From Candidatus Heimdallarchaeota archaeon (GTDB lineage: Archaea; Asgardarchaeota; Heimdallarchaeia; Heimdallarchaeales; Heimdallarchaeaceae): 15,306 nt of DNA. The notes under the pieces are model-generated. The model searched no databases and was not told the DNA's origin. It saw only the letters and a program-made list of their open reading frames with translations. The stretch lies in the NCBI GenBank assembly GCA_023136245.1, contig JAGLRO010000139.1, forward strand, positions 1 through 15,306. The letters are read 5' to 3'. Shown here in pieces: positions 13,847 to 15,306 of this stretch. Position 1 is the stretch's first letter. Every line of letters starts with the position of its first letter. Both the position numbers and the translations under genes were made by a program.

Positions 13847-14257
13847 ATGTCAATTGTAATTTCAACAGAACTAGATGTCGGTTATGATAAGTTTAAAGAG
13901 GTTGAGAACGTAACAAAAGAAGTTTTAGCAGAATATGGCTTTGGAGTATTAACAGAAATTGATGCAAAAGATGTTTTAAAGAAAAAGATTGGAGCAGATA
14001 TACGACCATATAAAATACTAGGTGCTTGTAATCCTCCATACGCCCACAAAGCAATCATCTTAGTACCTGAAGTTGGAGCTCTTCTTCCATGTAATTTCTT
14101 GATTTATGAGAATGAAGATGGTAAAATCGTTGTTTCAGCAATGAATCCAAAAGAAGCGATGAGTATTGTCAAAAGCAAAGAACTAGATAAAATGGCAGAA
14201 GAAGTAACTATTATTCTAAAAGATGCAATTAAAGATATAGAAAAAAGATTCTTATAA
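13847..14257 (+). CDS. DUF302 domain protein
   Basis: GFGVLTEIDAKDVLKKKIG.DIRPYKILGACNPPYAHKAI....VGALLPCNFLIYE..DGK..VSAMNP is the DUF302 core. ATG 13847 is preferred over the track TTG at 13823, because an AAATATTTAT box (13813-13822) lies about 25-30 nt upstream. The gene ends in a double stop, TAA TAA. Confidence 0.8.
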   Translation: MSIVISTELDVGYDKFKEVENVTKEVLAEYGFGVLTEIDAKDVLKKKIGADIRPYKILGACNPPYAHKAIILVPEVGALLPCNFLIYENEDGKIVVSAMNPKEAMSIVKSKELDKMAEEVTIILKDAIKDIEKRFL

Positions 14258-14269
14258 TAACTAGTTATT
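14256..14269. repeat. Perfect 14-nt palindrome AATAACTAGTTATT overlapping the DUF302 stop codons
   Basis: Read directly; the reverse complement is identical. Confidence 0.6.
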
Positions 14270-14342
14270 CACAGTAAAGAAAATGCGAAAAGCGTGTTCA
14301 CCAAGCTTCATAATTTTCTAATAAAAAGAAAGGAAAAAAGAA

Positions 14343-14370
14343 AACTAGAATTCGTTTATATTTTCTAGTT
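14343..14370. repeat. 8-bp inverted repeat AACTAGAA-N12-TTCTAGTT overlapping the stop of the flavoprotein gene (possible bidirectional terminator hairpin)
   Basis: Read directly. The arms are 14343-14350 and 14363-14370. The site lies in the convergent gap between the DUF302 and KstD-like genes. Confidence 0.5.
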
Positions 14371-15306
14371 ATTTTCAATTATGTGTTGTGCAGCTATATA
14401 TCCAAATGTCATTGTTGAACAGACTGGTGAACCAGGTCCTGGATACGTATTTCCCATAACAGAAGCCATAGTATTTCCAGTAGCATACAATCCTTCTATT
14501 ATACTTCCATCTTTCTTTAAGACTTGAGAATGTTCATTAGTTACCAATCCACCCTTTGTGCCTAAATCTCCAGGATAAAACTCAACAGCATAATATGGTT
14601 GTTTCATCAGTGGGAATAAATTCGGATTTGGTTTAACCTTTGGATCTCCATAGAAATTATCATAGGCACTATCTCCTTTACCAAAATCGGAATCCTTTCC
14701 AGATAATGCATATTCATTAAATCGCTCTATTGTTTTTTCCAAATTTTTTGTATTTACACCAATACTTTTTGCTAGCTGAGCAATAGTATCAGCTTTTTTC
14801 ACATAGCCAGTATCATAATATTTCTGCGGAAATTTCATCCCAGGAAAAGCTAAACCGAACATATATTTGTCTTTAAATCTTTGATCAAATATAAAGTAAC
14901 AAGGGATATGAGGATTTTCTTCTGAATGTTTTTCATATATATCGTGAACTACTACAACATAGCTAGCAGCTTCATTTGTAAATCGATTACCTTCTTTATT
15001 AACCATTATTCCTCCAGGATACGCGCGTTCTCCTACGTGAAAGAAGACAGGTTCTTCTGGTGGAACTGATGATGGACCCCACCAAGCATCATCCATCAAA
15101 TCAACTTTAGCACCGATTTTAATACCTGCTAAAATTGCATCTCCAGTATTTCCAGGAGATGCTGAAGACCATTCAATAGAAGTTGGGTGTGGTTGATATT
15201 TTTCCCTCATTTCCAAATTGAATGGGAATCCTCCGGCAGCAAGAAGAACTCCTTTCTTAGCTTCAATTCTAATTTCTTTATCTTCTTTCTCTGCAATTAC
15301 ACCTAC
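14365..15306 (-). CDS. FAD-dependent oxidoreductase of the 3-oxosteroid 1-dehydrogenase (KstD)/fumarate-reductase-flavoprotein family, 5'-partial
   Basis: The frame stays open from the track ATG (15216) to the window edge (VGVIAEKEDKEIRIEAKKGVLLAAGGFPFNLEMREKY). Family motifs: NTGDAI..G...GA...MDDAWWGP, KADTIAQLA, RFNEYA.SGKDSDFGKGDSAYD, DLGTKGGL.TN, GLYATGN....V.G..YPGPG. Confidence 0.8.
   Translation of the reverse strand, partial: VGVIAEKEDKEIRIEAKKGVLLAAGGFPFNLEMREKYQPHPTSIEWSSASPGNTGDAILAGIKIGAKVDLMDDAWWGPSSVPPEEPVFFHVGERAYPGGIMVNKEGNRFTNEAASYVVVVHDIYEKHSEENPHIPCYFIFDQRFKDKYMFGLAFPGMKFPQKYYDTGYVKKADTIAQLAKSIGVNTKNLEKTIERFNEYALSGKDSDFGKGDSAYDNFYGDPKVKPNPNLFPLMKQPYYAVEFYPGDLGTKGGLVTNEHSQVLKKDGSIIEGLYATGNTMASVMGNTYPGPGSPVCSTMTFGYIAAQHIIENN

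Noticed and set aside
1-15306. Scan for CRISPR arrays, tRNA/rRNA genes, IS elements or transposases, integrases, toxin-antitoxin pairs and known defence-system hallmarks.
   Set aside because: I saw no regularly spaced direct repeats, no cloverleaf-capable GC-rich segments in the intergenic gaps, and no transposase, integrase, nuclease or ATPase defence signatures among the ORFs. The AbrB-domain protein is paired with arsM, not with a toxin.

Overview
This is an AT-rich, tightly packed window with genes on both strands and mostly short intergenic gaps. It reads as archaeal chromosome. Supporting signs are a class V bifunctional fructose-1,6-bisphosphate aldolase/phosphatase, a Fap7-type adenylate kinase and a GTPase/DUF2073-like pair. 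TATA-like boxes sit about 25 nt upstream of several ATGs, and GGTGA-type Shine-Dalgarno motifs precede other starts. A Lokiarchaeia/Asgard-like origin is only a guess from the AT-richness and gene mix. Gene content left to right: M24 Xaa-Pro peptidase (5' partial), GTPase plus DUF2073-like partner, Fap7, a Cys-rich AbrB-type regulator plus arsenite methyltransferase ArsM, and a PlsY-family membrane protein. Next come phosphoglucomutase/phosphomannomutase plus a YkgJ-type Cys-cluster protein with a poly-Glu tail, then FBP aldolase/phosphatase. A two-gene operon follows, encoding a divergent class II aldolase-like and a divergent class I FBPase-like protein. After it come a secreted beta-helix protein with a TM anchor and an unassigned cytoplasmic domain, an aldo/keto reductase, two juxtaposed gene fragments (GPH transporter N-terminus and sugar-phosphate isomerase TIM-barrel C-terminus), a DUF302 protein, and a KstD-like flavoprotein (5' partial at the window end). 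I found no rRNA, tRNA, CRISPR array, transposase or recognisable defence system. The candidates most worth follow-up are four. First, the aldolase-like/FBPase-like operon beside the bifunctional FBPA/P. Second, the CC-x8-CC AbrB regulator coupled to arsM. Third, the beta-helix/TM/cytoplasmic-domain protein. Fourth, the PlsY homologue in an archaeal context. All family calls come from motif reading and memory; no searches were run.
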